This document shows, piece after piece, positions 1-9,972 of a DNA stretch of 33,427 nucleotides. This stretch comes from a virus (Duplodnaviria > Caudoviricetes), in the IMG/VR virus record IMGVR_UViG_3300030376_003620, positions 1-33,427 of that record; one strand, given 5' to 3'. Positions within the stretch are counted from its first letter, which is position 1. Every line of letters starts with the position of its first letter. The notes under the pieces are model-generated. The model searched no databases and had not been told where the DNA came from. It worked only from the letters and a program-made list of their open reading frames with translations. The position numbers and the translations under genes are program-made.

Positions 1-2
1 TG

Positions 3-119
3 AAATCAGTAGATGAAGCTATATCACAATGTGAAGCACATAAAGCTAATTTAGAAGCACAACTTGCTGAGTGTGAATCTGAATTAGCAGACTATATAGC
101 AATTAGAGATGCTGAATAA
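3..119 (+). CDS. 3' end of a truncated ORF (coiled-coil C-terminus)
   Basis: Open frame from the window edge: KSVDEAISQCEAHKANLEAQLAECESELADYIAIRDAE*, heptad-like. Confidence 0.6.
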   Translation, partial: KSVDEAISQCEAHKANLEAQLAECESELADYIAIRDAE

Positions 120-165
120 TGATTGGTTATCTTATTAGATTGATTAACAAAATGAAGGGTAAATA

Positions 166-480
166 ATGGCAGTAAGTAATACAAATGTGTCATTGAGAGC
201 TGAAATTGGCAATGCTTGTAGAGTTTCACAAAATACAAACATTAGCTTAGGGTCATTAATGAGTGGACTTTCAGTAGGTGGCATACAACATACTTACGCA
301 GCCCAGTTAAGTGGACCAGTCCAAGACTTTGAAAAGTTTGGTGGTAGTAATAATCCATTGCAAAGCACACCTAATACAGCTCTAACTGCACTAAATAGGG
401 CTGCAATAGGTAATACCCCACATCACATGAGTCATGCAATAGGTGGATTCCATGAAGCTGGTGGTGGACCAGGGCAATAA
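166..480 (+). CDS. Hypothetical protein, possibly virion/tail-associated
   Basis: 104-aa G/S/N/T-rich ORF, GAAGGG upstream of ATG, structural-gene context. Confidence 0.55.
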   Translation: MAVSNTNVSLRAEIGNACRVSQNTNISLGSLMSGLSVGGIQHTYAAQLSGPVQDFEKFGGSNNPLQSTPNTALTALNRAAIGNTPHHMSHAIGGFHEAGGGPGQ

Positions 481-504
481 TAATGCTTTATAGAGATAAA
501 ACAC

Positions 505-534
505 TTGACATAGAAGAGAAAAAAATAGTATTTT
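505..534 (+). promoter_or_regulatory. Sigma70-type promoter
   Basis: TTGACA(505-510)-N18-TATTTT(529-534) in an intergenic gap. Confidence 0.6.
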
Positions 535-540
535 ATACAG

Positions 541-1086
541 GTGAGGTACATAAAAGCTATACTCATAGTACTACTACTTACTTTAAAAGGAGAAACAATG
601 GGCGTAAATAACAAACAAATTAAAAGTTTAATTAAAGATGTTTGTGTCCAGATGGGAGACAAGTATGCAAAAAAAGAAGCGTTGGACATCGTATATGCTA
701 CAGGGCTTGTGGAGAGCAAGTACGAATATATCGAACAAATTGGCAAGGGTCCTGCAAGAAGCTTTTGGCAAGTGGAGCCCAGCACAGCCGTCGACAATTG
801 TAAAAACTTTATATCATCTCGCCCTGAGTTGCTTCAGGCATCTGCTGATATTCTTGGGATTGACCCTTATTTTTTCATTGATGCTAACATTGATGATTGG
901 GATTGGATTCTTCGTACTAATATCAGCGCTGGTATATTACATTGTAGAATTAAGTACTGGCGTATACCAGAACCAATTAAAGAAGGCGAAGAAGAATTAG
1001 CAAAGTACTGGAAAAAACACTATAACACAGAAGAAGGTGCTGGTAGTGTAGAACATTTTCTAGAATTAACAGAAGGTAAATTATAA
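541..1086 (+). CDS. Lysozyme-fold peptidoglycan hydrolase/lytic transglycosylase (endolysin or virion-associated); alternative start ATG 598
   Basis: Motifs TGLVES (catalytic Glu), GPARSFWQVEPST, RIKYWR, YWKKHYNTEEGAG typical of a phage lysozyme-like family; AAGGAG precedes ATG 598. Confidence 0.75.
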   Translation: MRYIKAILIVLLLTLKGETMGVNNKQIKSLIKDVCVQMGDKYAKKEALDIVYATGLVESKYEYIEQIGKGPARSFWQVEPSTAVDNCKNFISSRPELLQASADILGIDPYFFIDANIDDWDWILRTNISAGILHCRIKYWRIPEPIKEGEEELAKYWKKHYNTEEGAGSVEHFLELTEGKL

Positions 1087-1691
1087 TGGCAACATTTTTA
1101 GGACAGCTTGAGTCTTTCAAGCAGCAACAGAGAGAGGATATAACCCAAACCAAAGGCGGAACAGCACTTAAGATATTAGACGATATTCAAAAACTACAGT
1201 TTGCAGAGCAACTGCTAAAAGATGAAGTTAGAGATTTAGAAGTAGAAGGTGCTGATTATCAAGAAGCAAAGGCAGATATAGATATGGGGCAATCTGCTTT
1301 AGGACTTCTTGGTCCTGCAGGTAGAGCGTTTGGTACTATTTTAGGAGCAGGACTTAAAAGAAATTTAAAAAAACCTGAACTTACTCTTGATTTTGAACAA
1401 TCAATCCCAGGTTTCGACAAAATTCTTTTTGGACAAAATAAATACAACAGACTTATGTCAGCATATGACGCAGCTAAAGAAGATATAGATAGAATTTATG
1501 AAGGAAGTTTATTAGAAGACTTATCTAGTAGTCTTATGTCAGAATATGCAGGTTTTAATATAGGTAAGAGATTAGGACTTTATGACTCACAAGACACTTT
1601 TTTAAACACATCTCTTCTTGGTAATATTTTTTCAGATATATTTAAAAACGAAGAAATATCAGATGATGACAACATTAGATACATAGGTTAG
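1086..1691 (+). CDS. Putative internal virion/ejection protein
   Basis: Gly-zipper hydrophobic segment GQSALGLLGPAGRAFGTILGAGL; TAATG coupling; first of a size-ascending series. Confidence 0.5.
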   Translation: MATFLGQLESFKQQQREDITQTKGGTALKILDDIQKLQFAEQLLKDEVRDLEVEGADYQEAKADIDMGQSALGLLGPAGRAFGTILGAGLKRNLKKPELTLDFEQSIPGFDKILFGQNKYNRLMSAYDAAKEDIDRIYEGSLLEDLSSSLMSEYAGFNIGKRLGLYDSQDTFLNTSLLGNIFSDIFKNEEISDDDNIRYIG

Positions 1692-1699
1692 GAGAAGAT

Positions 1700-2374
1700 A
1701 TGCCTATTGAAACACAAACTTTACAACAAATGCTAGACTCTAGAGGCATGACAATAGATGCCTTGTTAGACCCAGGTCGTCAATATGGATATGGAAAAGA
1801 TACTGAATTTGGATTTGCTTTTTCACCTTTTGATGTAGGAAATTTTGAGAATCTATTGAGACAATTTGAAGGATACCAAGAAAATTTACTTGGTGATATA
1901 TCAAGACAATTTGGAGGAGCAGGTCAAAGAGAAAGAGCTACATACGAAGATACTATGAGAAAAATATCAGAAATGGGTAGACCTTCAGGTTTAACATCTG
2001 GAGCAAAAGATAGACTTCAAGCTTTCGCTGCTCAGTCTGGTCAAGAATCTTATGGTCGTTTAGCTGATAAATTCCAAGGTTCTATGTTTAAAGCAGAAGA
2101 ACAGCTAGGAAGACAATATGCTGGACTAGAAGGTCTTTTATCTTCATTCCTAACTGCTCAACCAGGAATAGCTTTACAAGTAAAACAAGGAGACCCTATG
2201 TCAGGTCAGTTAAGAATGACAACACAAGATGACATTCAAATGTTTTTAACAATGCCAGGTTTTGAAAATCTTGGTAGAGAACTTAACGCATTTGTAGGCA
2301 GACCTTATGAAAACTTTGTAAACTATACTGATATGGTTCAAAGAATGAATGAGATGCAGGGAGGAACAATATAA
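1700..2374 (+). CDS. Putative internal virion/ejection protein
   Basis: Q/G/M-rich helical protein; AGGAG RBS; context. Confidence 0.5.
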   Translation: MPIETQTLQQMLDSRGMTIDALLDPGRQYGYGKDTEFGFAFSPFDVGNFENLLRQFEGYQENLLGDISRQFGGAGQRERATYEDTMRKISEMGRPSGLTSGAKDRLQAFAAQSGQESYGRLADKFQGSMFKAEEQLGRQYAGLEGLLSSFLTAQPGIALQVKQGDPMSGQLRMTTQDDIQMFLTMPGFENLGRELNAFVGRPYENFVNYTDMVQRMNEMQGGTI

Positions 2375-2376
2375 TA

Positions 2377-3567
2377 ATGGCTATACCTAAATCATCTAGA
2401 CAAAAAGGTCAAGAAAATTTCTTTAAATTAATGACTACTATTGCAGCAGAAGAAGCTAAAGTTGCAAGCACTAAAATGCAAGTAGATTACTACAAGGATA
2501 GAGACAGAAAAAAAGCAGAATCAGATGCGATAGATGACCTTAAAAAAGACGAAAAAGAATTTAGAGATAAGTTTTTGAGTCCTATTGAGACTGCTATAGG
2601 ACAAGGAAAATATGATGAAGCAATGTCAAGACTTGTATTAAGAGACAATGCATACCTTTATGATACATATAGAACAGAGCTTGTTTCTGAAGACAGACGA
2701 GATTTATTTCCTACCGCAGATGAGCTTGTATCTAGAATAAACAACAAACAAGAGAGCTCTCGTGCTGGAGAAAGACTTCTTTCTGAGTGGGTTAGCAATG
2801 ATATTCCCGTATCATCTAATGACCCTGATGTTAGAGATAAGTCAAAAATCTATGATGAAATGAGCATAGCTCTTGCTGATGAAACTCTTAGTTTAGAAGA
2901 GTTTAATAAAGCTTTGGCTATTGCTAAAAATATGGGCTTTGCTGAAGAGTTAGGATTAAGCACAACTAAGATTGATGCTTCAAAAGGTATGAGTCCAGAT
3001 GCAGCTCAGAGCGATTTAAATAAATTAAATATGGGTAGAAATAGATACATAGATAAGAACTATTACACTGAAAGTGGCGGATTAGAGTATTTTAAAACTA
3101 TTTCAGAACAGGATAAAAATAGATTGACTGTAGAATTAGGACAAGAAGGTGTTGAGAAATACAATAATGCATCAGCAACTGATAAAGAACTAGTTAGAAA
3201 AAGAGCTTGGCAGGAAAGAAGCTCTCTTAATGCAGAAAATTTAATGTATGAACAAACTCAAACAATTGTAGCAAGAACAGGAGAAGATAATTTTTTCTTA
3301 CAAATGGACAATGAGTTTCCAGGAAAGTCTTTACAAGCTCAAGCCATAGTAAATAATTATGTTTCTTTGGCTATTGAATCTATTCCTGAGCTTAGAGCAG
3401 AAAACAATCCAGACAAGATTATTGAAGAGCTAAGTAAAACAGAAATATTACAAAAAGTAATTGATAAGGTTGGAATACATCTAGGAGATTATGAAGTCTG
3501 GGGTAAGTATCTACCAACAAAAGATAAACCAAACAAAAATTTTAGACTTACTTTAATAATGGACTAG
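2377..3567 (+). CDS. Putative internal virion/ejection protein
   Basis: 396-aa charged helical protein; GGAGG RBS; precedes giant ORF. Confidence 0.5.
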   Translation: MAIPKSSRQKGQENFFKLMTTIAAEEAKVASTKMQVDYYKDRDRKKAESDAIDDLKKDEKEFRDKFLSPIETAIGQGKYDEAMSRLVLRDNAYLYDTYRTELVSEDRRDLFPTADELVSRINNKQESSRAGERLLSEWVSNDIPVSSNDPDVRDKSKIYDEMSIALADETLSLEEFNKALAIAKNMGFAEELGLSTTKIDASKGMSPDAAQSDLNKLNMGRNRYIDKNYYTESGGLEYFKTISEQDKNRLTVELGQEGVEKYNNASATDKELVRKRAWQERSSLNAENLMYEQTQTIVARTGEDNFFLQMDNEFPGKSLQAQAIVNNYVSLAIESIPELRAENNPDKIIEELSKTEILQKVIDKVGIHLGDYEVWGKYLPTKDKPNKNFRLTLIMD

Positions 3568-3570
3568 GAA

Positions 3571-6500
3571 ATGGTAAAAATTTCCTCTTATCAAAATCCA
3601 TTACAAATGTTTCAAGCTAGCGAACAAGAAGAAACAAAAGCTCCTTCATTAGAGCAAATAGATATATCGGCAGGATTACCTTCTATGCCAACAATGAACG
3701 CAGGTGGCGGTGTTGATATAAGCAATTTAGACTTCTCTAACGCCGTAACAGAATCTACATACGTTCAAGACCCTCTTGCAAAACTAAATGAGGGTTCTAC
3801 ATTCTCAGAAATAGTTTCAGCTTTAAACAATCAAGTAATAGAAGATTATGCTCCTGATTTTATAAAGGAGGCTTACAATAAAAGCATTGATGGAGTTATG
3901 AACGAGATGTTGTATGGTAAAAAAATGTTTGATGTTCCTTTAAATGATAAGGGAAGATTGTATGATATGGGAACTCAAGCTTTGTCTATAATAGTTCCTA
4001 CAAAAGGAAATATAGCAATGATGGTTGGTGGTGGTGGATTTGGAGGTAAAGCAGCTCAAGTTCTTGGAGGTAAAAAAGCCACTGAATTTGTAGCTAACCA
4101 ATTTATCAAAAGAAAACTTATGCCACAAAGAGCTAAAAAATCTTTTGTAGAAAATGTAGGTAGAGTTGCTACAACAGAAAGTACATATTTTGCCACATAT
4201 GATGGTTTATATGGCGGTGCTTTAAATGTAAGAGATGAAGTTTTAAAAAGTGAATACGACTTAAGTAAGTTTGATGGTTTAAGCACAGATGAAAAATATA
4301 ATTTATTGGCAAAAGATATTGTTAAACATTCAGATTGGAAAGATTTTGCAAAAGGATATGGTATAGGTTTATTTGGAGCTGGTGGATACGCTGCTAATAG
4401 ATATACTAGTAGAGGACTTCTTGGACCTTTAATGCCCAAAGCTTATAGAGGTAAAGGAGTTACTAAAAAGGGAGAAGGTTTTGGAGTAGGTGGAGAGGTA
4501 GTAGGAGGTGTTACAGGTGCTTGGCTATTAGAACCTGAGTTTAGAAAGGTTGTAGAAAACATAGAAGGTGGAGAAGTAGGGCTTCCTGTTTTAATGCTTG
4601 GTGTAATTGCAGCTTCTCAACTTCCTGGAGATGTAAGAAATCTATACAAGACTGGTAAAATGAAACCAGGAAAACCTACAAAGGGCATGACTCAAGAAGA
4701 ATTTGATGAAGCTGTAGAGGAAGGTATAGATTTAGCTGGAGGAAGAAGAAGACAAAGTGATATATATACAAGAGTTCAAGACCCTTTAATTAAAGTAGAA
4801 GGAGAAATTCTACCAGAGTCAAGACCTGTATATGAGATAGATTCAGATGGTAATCCTAGACTTGTAGGATATTCAGACGAACAAAGTGATTTATCAATTA
4901 AAAGATTAAACTCTAGGTCTTTGCCAGAAGGGATGGCTTCTGGGCCTTATATGAATACAAGTATTAAAGGTAATATTGTTTTGGGAGACGGAACAATAAC
5001 CAAAGAAATTAGAGAAATACCAAAAGATGTAGATGTTAAAATAGATAGGAAAAGTCTTAAGGTAGATGGAGATAATATCTCTTTCGATGTAAAAGCTGGA
5101 AGATTGACTTATAGATTAGATGCGTCAAACTCAGAATTATTAATGAAGTTTTATACTTCGCAACCTGGTTTGAGAAAAAAGTTTTTAGGCAATAACAAAG
5201 ATGTAACCAAGCAAAAATTTGCTATGACTAGAATAAGAAGAAAAACCTTGAGAGGTTTAAGAGATGATTCTAATTCTGGTAAAAATGGATTAAAAAAATC
5301 TGACTTTGAAAGAGCCGTTCAAGCTGTAGGTAATGAATATGGTATTACTAAATTTCAAGACCCTAAAAAAGCACCAAAAATATCAGAGATGTCTGACATT
5401 GAAATGAGACTAGTAACAGAGCAGTTTGGAGACTTAGCTCTTTTAAAAACTCATGAAGACCATATTGGTAAAAACTTTGGTTCTACTTTGTCAAACGTAA
5501 GCGGTACTTCTGGACAAGGATATTTTGAAAACCTAGGAAGGTCTGTATTTGGAGGATTGCAAGCAAATCTAGAACACCCAGTTTCTAAGACTGTATTAAA
5601 AATGTTATCATCTGTGGATAGGAGAGTTGTTTCTAGTGCTACTAACAGAATTGTAGATGTTCAAAAAGCTTTAGGCATGGATACATCTGTATTAAGTCTT
5701 AAAAAAACTATTGCACCACTATCAAGAATGTTTGGATATAATCCATTTCAAAACAAAAACATGGAAAATTGGATTGTAGGAAATGATGTTACCCTTCTTA
5801 ATGGTACAAAAATAAAGTCTGCTTTTGATGAATATGAATATTTGCAAGCTGGAGAGATACTAGGTAAAGACCATTACAAAAAACTAAAAGCTCAAACTAA
5901 AAAAATATTAAGGGATTCTGAGAAAAAAGGTGGAGACTTTCTTGTAAGCAAAGAAGAAGAAATATTCTTAAAAAGAAGACTAAAAGTATTCGAAGACTTA
6001 AAAAGAATTAATGACCCTATATATGACGATGCTATAAAAGCTGGAATTAAAGTTGCTGGTAGACAGAAATGGTATAGACCTACTGTTTTAAAGAAGAGTA
6101 TCAGAGATGCTATCTATACAAACATGTTATCATTAGACCAAAAGGTTAAAGCTATAGTAGGAGAGCTTTCTTTGGATTCTGATATGGCTTTAAGAAATCT
6201 AGACCAAACTAAAAAAGACAAGATAGAAGAAGAGATGAAGAATTGGGTAGAAAAACTAGCTGGTTCAAAAGATAAAGATAAGCAAGCTGTAGCGTCTATA
6301 TGGGAGATAACTAGAGATGAATTAAAGAAGATGGCTCCAGATGATACAGTTTTAAGTTATGATGTTTGGGCTAACATTAATGCAAAAATTTATGATGATG
6401 GTTTTAAAACATATGCTCCTCTTGAAAAAAGCAGAAAGTTTTTAGGAGAAGGAAAAGATGTTGATATTATGTATCACGTTGCAAGAAAAAAACAAGACTT

Positions 6501-8580
6501 GCTTGACAAGAATATTCTAACTCTTGAAACAGACTATATTAATGGTGCTACTAAAACTATTGAGTTAGCTAAAACATTCTTACCTAAAGGTGCTTTGTTT
6601 GAGACTTTAATTAAAAGAATACCTGACAATGCAGAGCTAAAAGGGATTAGAGCTGAACTAGGAAGAGCTATAGACTCAGGAGATAGAGCTCCTGCAGACA
6701 AAATACCTGGATTAGTTATAAAAGAAAAAGATGCAATTAGGGTTATTAAAGAAGCTTTAACTGGAGAGAATGCTTTTAACAGACAGAATATGATGACAAA
6801 GCTTGGATTTACTATAGCAGAATTTGAGTTTATGACTAAAATTAATCTTGGTACTGCTGTTATTCCTAATATGACTCAGACATTTATTTCTACCTTGCCT
6901 CAACTAGGAGCAGCTTCTACAATTAGAGGTTTGACAAACTATATATTTAATCCAGAAGTTAGAGACATGGTAAAACGTTCAGGTGTTACTGCGTTGAATT
7001 TGTTTGACGAATTGCTAGGAGGTAATAGAGCTTTACAACAAGGTCAAGCTAGAGAATTAGCAAACCTAACTACAGACTATGGTAGAAAAAGCTTAGCTGA
7101 GTATGGTATAAGAGATTGGTGGCAATTAGCTCAAGATACTGTTGCTAAACCATTTATGTCGGTAAATGTCTTCAATAAAATTGTAGCTGGAGCAGCAGCA
7201 GAAGACTATATTATTAAGCTTACAAAGATGTTAGACGGAGAGGTTGCAATGCCTGGAACATCAGGTTTAACTAAAGCTCAAAGAAAAAAATATGCTACAG
7301 CTAAATTGCAAGATGTTTTTGGACTCAACCCTAAAGAGGTTTTAAAATTTAAAGAAAATATTAAAAACAGACAATATAGAACCAAACCTCAGCTTGGTAT
7401 GAAAAAAAGGCTGATGGGAGCTATGGAAAAATACGCTCAAGATTCTCAGATGGGTAGAAACTTTGAGCTAGATGCTTTAGCTTTTAACGACCAATATACA
7501 AAATCTTTATTGTTGTTTAAAAGATTCCCTATAAGACAAGGTAAATATATGCTTGAGATGAACAAGTGGGAAGTAGAACATGGTAACGTCTTACAACCTT
7601 TGTATAGTCTTGCATATGGAGCTACTGGAGGAGCTATGGCTGCAACAGCTCTAGATTCATTTAAGCAAGTTGTATCTGGAGACAGAGCTTTTTATGGTCG
7701 AAGAGAACAGAGAAATTACTTTGAAAAAATAAACAATCAAATGAAAGGTCAGGGAACAGGATTAGATTTTGAAGATGGATTGGAAATGATTGCAGGTGCT
7801 GGTATGTTAGGTGCGTACGGAGATATGCTGTCCAACATGGATAGATTATATAGCAACTTAGGTTTCCTAGTAAAACCTCTTATCATAGATGATATAGAGA
7901 AGATGTATTATACATTATATGGTAAACCTGGAGAAAAAGGATTAGTAGAAGGAGTATTCTTTTCAAAAGATAGACCTGCTGATATAAGAATGAGACAGTT
8001 GTTAAGAGGTATGGGTCCTGTTTTCGGTAGTATGCCAAACAACTTTATGAAAAGATATCACTATTCTGCGATTATAAATCCTTTGACAAACGAGGAAATA
8101 GCAGCATATCCAGAAGGATTTGAAAGAGCTAAAGTTCAGTCTATGAAGTCTGGTATGATGAAAGATATTAACAGAAAAATATTATTTTCTTATAGTGACG
8201 ATGGAGACCCTGAGGTTGGAGTTATGCCTAGAAAACTAAAAAAATATGATGATGTTCTTGCTGAGGTTGCAGAGCAGGTTGATACATGGAATAATAGTAT
8301 ATACGTCAGAAGGTTTCCTACTTTGTCAATTACTCCTGAAGATTATTTAGACCAGGATAAAATGATGGATATGTATGCAGACTTTATAAAAGAAAACGAA
8401 AAGTATTATAAATCAGACGAAGACGATATGGCTATCAGAGGTTATATGATAGACGGAGTTCTTCCAGAAGATGCAACACCTAAACAAATAGAAAGATTTT
8501 TAGAAAGACAAAAAAGGAAAGAAGAGGAAGCTTCAAAGCGTGGACTGAGAGGAATATTGGGGCAAACTAAAGAGGAATAG
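3571..8580 (+). CDS. Large internal virion/DNA-transfer protein (positional analogue of T7 gp16-type ejection proteins)
   Basis: 1669 aa, mostly helical, Gly-rich hydrophobic patches near both ends; podovirus ejection-locus position; no catalytic motif recognised. Confidence 0.6.
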   Translation: MVKISSYQNPLQMFQASEQEETKAPSLEQIDISAGLPSMPTMNAGGGVDISNLDFSNAVTESTYVQDPLAKLNEGSTFSEIVSALNNQVIEDYAPDFIKEAYNKSIDGVMNEMLYGKKMFDVPLNDKGRLYDMGTQALSIIVPTKGNIAMMVGGGGFGGKAAQVLGGKKATEFVANQFIKRKLMPQRAKKSFVENVGRVATTESTYFATYDGLYGGALNVRDEVLKSEYDLSKFDGLSTDEKYNLLAKDIVKHSDWKDFAKGYGIGLFGAGGYAANRYTSRGLLGPLMPKAYRGKGVTKKGEGFGVGGEVVGGVTGAWLLEPEFRKVVENIEGGEVGLPVLMLGVIAASQLPGDVRNLYKTGKMKPGKPTKGMTQEEFDEAVEEGIDLAGGRRRQSDIYTRVQDPLIKVEGEILPESRPVYEIDSDGNPRLVGYSDEQSDLSIKRLNSRSLPEGMASGPYMNTSIKGNIVLGDGTITKEIREIPKDVDVKIDRKSLKVDGDNISFDVKAGRLTYRLDASNSELLMKFYTSQPGLRKKFLGNNKDVTKQKFAMTRIRRKTLRGLRDDSNSGKNGLKKSDFERAVQAVGNEYGITKFQDPKKAPKISEMSDIEMRLVTEQFGDLALLKTHEDHIGKNFGSTLSNVSGTSGQGYFENLGRSVFGGLQANLEHPVSKTVLKMLSSVDRRVVSSATNRIVDVQKALGMDTSVLSLKKTIAPLSRMFGYNPFQNKNMENWIVGNDVTLLNGTKIKSAFDEYEYLQAGEILGKDHYKKLKAQTKKILRDSEKKGGDFLVSKEEEIFLKRRLKVFEDLKRINDPIYDDAIKAGIKVAGRQKWYRPTVLKKSIRDAIYTNMLSLDQKVKAIVGELSLDSDMALRNLDQTKKDKIEEEMKNWVEKLAGSKDKDKQAVASIWEITRDELKKMAPDDTVLSYDVWANINAKIYDDGFKTYAPLEKSRKFLGEGKDVDIMYHVARKKQDLLDKNILTLETDYINGATKTIELAKTFLPKGALFETLIKRIPDNAELKGIRAELGRAIDSGDRAPADKIPGLVIKEKDAIRVIKEALTGENAFNRQNMMTKLGFTIAEFEFMTKINLGTAVIPNMTQTFISTLPQLGAASTIRGLTNYIFNPEVRDMVKRSGVTALNLFDELLGGNRALQQGQARELANLTTDYGRKSLAEYGIRDWWQLAQDTVAKPFMSVNVFNKIVAGAAAEDYIIKLTKMLDGEVAMPGTSGLTKAQRKKYATAKLQDVFGLNPKEVLKFKENIKNRQYRTKPQLGMKKRLMGAMEKYAQDSQMGRNFELDALAFNDQYTKSLLLFKRFPIRQGKYMLEMNKWEVEHGNVLQPLYSLAYGATGGAMAATALDSFKQVVSGDRAFYGRREQRNYFEKINNQMKGQGTGLDFEDGLEMIAGAGMLGAYGDMLSNMDRLYSNLGFLVKPLIIDDIEKMYYTLYGKPGEKGLVEGVFFSKDRPADIRMRQLLRGMGPVFGSMPNNFMKRYHYSAIINPLTNEEIAAYPEGFERAKVQSMKSGMMKDINRKILFSYSDDGDPEVGVMPRKLKKYDDVLAEVAEQVDTWNNSIYVRRFPTLSITPEDYLDQDKMMDMYADFIKENEKYYKSDEDDMAIRGYMIDGVLPEDATPKQIERFLERQKRKEEEASKRGLRGILGQTKEE

Positions 8581-8581
8581 T

Positions 8582-9388
8582 ATGGACGACAAACAAACAT
8601 TTAAACAATATTTAGATTATTTTGGAAACAAAAGTGCTGAAGCAGATATGCTTGTTCAGCAATTAACTAGACAGATAGAAGACCAAAGATTTGGTACTAT
8701 TAGACCTAAAAAAACATTGATGCAGAAAGTCAGGGAAGATGTAAATGACCCTCAAATGCAAATGATATTGGGTTTAGTTGAGCCAGGCGGTGGATTAAAA
8801 ACTGTAGGTAAAGGTCTTGCAAGAGGTGGTAAAAATATGATAGATATTTTAAGAGAAGCTCTTGGAATTGGTAGAAAAGAAATGGGAGACGTTTTATCTG
8901 GATATAAAAGAGGAGTCCAACCTAATACACCTGTTGTTGACCTTGGAAAAGAAGGACAACGAGCATTAAACTTGACACCTCAAGAACTTCCTAATTTAAC
9001 ACAAAAAGAAATTCCTGCTATTACACCAGAGGGTCCTTTTAAAAACTTGTTTGATGCAACAGGACAAACTCTTCCTGGTAAACCACTTGCAACTCCTAAA
9101 AAACCTAGTGAAGTATCTTTTGAAGATTTGTATAACAGAATTGCAAAACAGATGGACGACGCAGCTCAACTAACAGACGAGTATGACCCTCTTGTCACAG
9201 GATTTGAAAGTGTTGAAGATGTTATAGGTAATAGGCCAGAAGATTTTGTAGAGCTTTTAAGAAGAGCAATTGGAAGAAAACCCTCTTCAAAAACTATAGT
9301 TGACCTAGCTGAAGAGCTTAAATCTTCGGGATTAGGAAAGGTAGAATTTAAACCTAAATATGAATTTAATCCTAAGAAAAAGAAATAA
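8582..9388 (+). CDS. Hypothetical protein, putative ejected protein
   Basis: 268 aa; GAGG RBS; ILGLVEPGGGLKTVGKGL segment followed by Pro-rich linker. Confidence 0.55.
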   Translation: MDDKQTFKQYLDYFGNKSAEADMLVQQLTRQIEDQRFGTIRPKKTLMQKVREDVNDPQMQMILGLVEPGGGLKTVGKGLARGGKNMIDILREALGIGRKEMGDVLSGYKRGVQPNTPVVDLGKEGQRALNLTPQELPNLTQKEIPAITPEGPFKNLFDATGQTLPGKPLATPKKPSEVSFEDLYNRIAKQMDDAAQLTDEYDPLVTGFESVEDVIGNRPEDFVELLRRAIGRKPSSKTIVDLAEELKSSGLGKVEFKPKYEFNPKKKK

Positions 9389-9399
9389 GGTAAGATAAT

Positions 9400-9972
9400 A
9401 TGGATAGAAATAAAAACACAGAAACAAAAAATAGTCAATTAGATACTTTACAGTCTATGCTAGATGCTGTAGGTTTTACTCCTGGGTATGGAGAGCCTGC
9501 AGACTTATTAAATGCATTGATATCTCTCGGAAGAGGAAATAAACAAGACGCTGCACTTTCAGCTCTTTCAGCAATTCCTTTTTTAGGAATGATTGGTGGA
9601 GTAAAAAAACTTAAACCTTTTAAGAATGTAAAGTTTAAAAAAACTGGACCAGGAGAAAAAGACTACATCATAACAAATAGAAAAGAAGTAGCTGAATCTG
9701 TCGCAGATGATTTTTTAGGAATGGGAAGAAAGCTAACTGACAAAGCTCAAAAACAGAACGAAGAGATTTACAATTCTCTTATTGATATATATGACCCTAA
9801 ACAACAAGGAAGAGCTATAGGAGAAATAGCAGATGAATATCTTGCAAAAGCTCCAGACCCTCTAGAGTTAGAATTTACTCTAGACGACATAAAAAGAATT
9901 TTTTCTAACATAGTAGACTCTAGAACTAAAAAAGATTTATTTGATGTATTTAGAAAAGCAGGTAAAAATTAG
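9400..9972 (+). CDS. Protein with pre-toxin TG (PT-TG)-like domain and unknown C-terminal domain
   Basis: LDAVGFTPGYGEPADLLNALISLGRGNKQDAALSALSAIPFLG matches the pre-toxin helical hairpin pattern of polymorphic toxins. Confidence 0.65.
   Translation: MDRNKNTETKNSQLDTLQSMLDAVGFTPGYGEPADLLNALISLGRGNKQDAALSALSAIPFLGMIGGVKKLKPFKNVKFKKTGPGEKDYIITNRKEVAESVADDFLGMGRKLTDKAQKQNEEIYNSLIDIYDPKQQGRAIGEIADEYLAKAPDPLELEFTLDDIKRIFSNIVDSRTKKDLFDVFRKAGKN

Noticed and set aside
3571-8580. Virion RNA polymerase or tape measure protein
   Set aside because: No DxDGD or single-subunit RNAP motifs recognised; no periodic repeats or adjacent tail-chaperone genes; a divergent enzyme cannot be excluded without structure prediction
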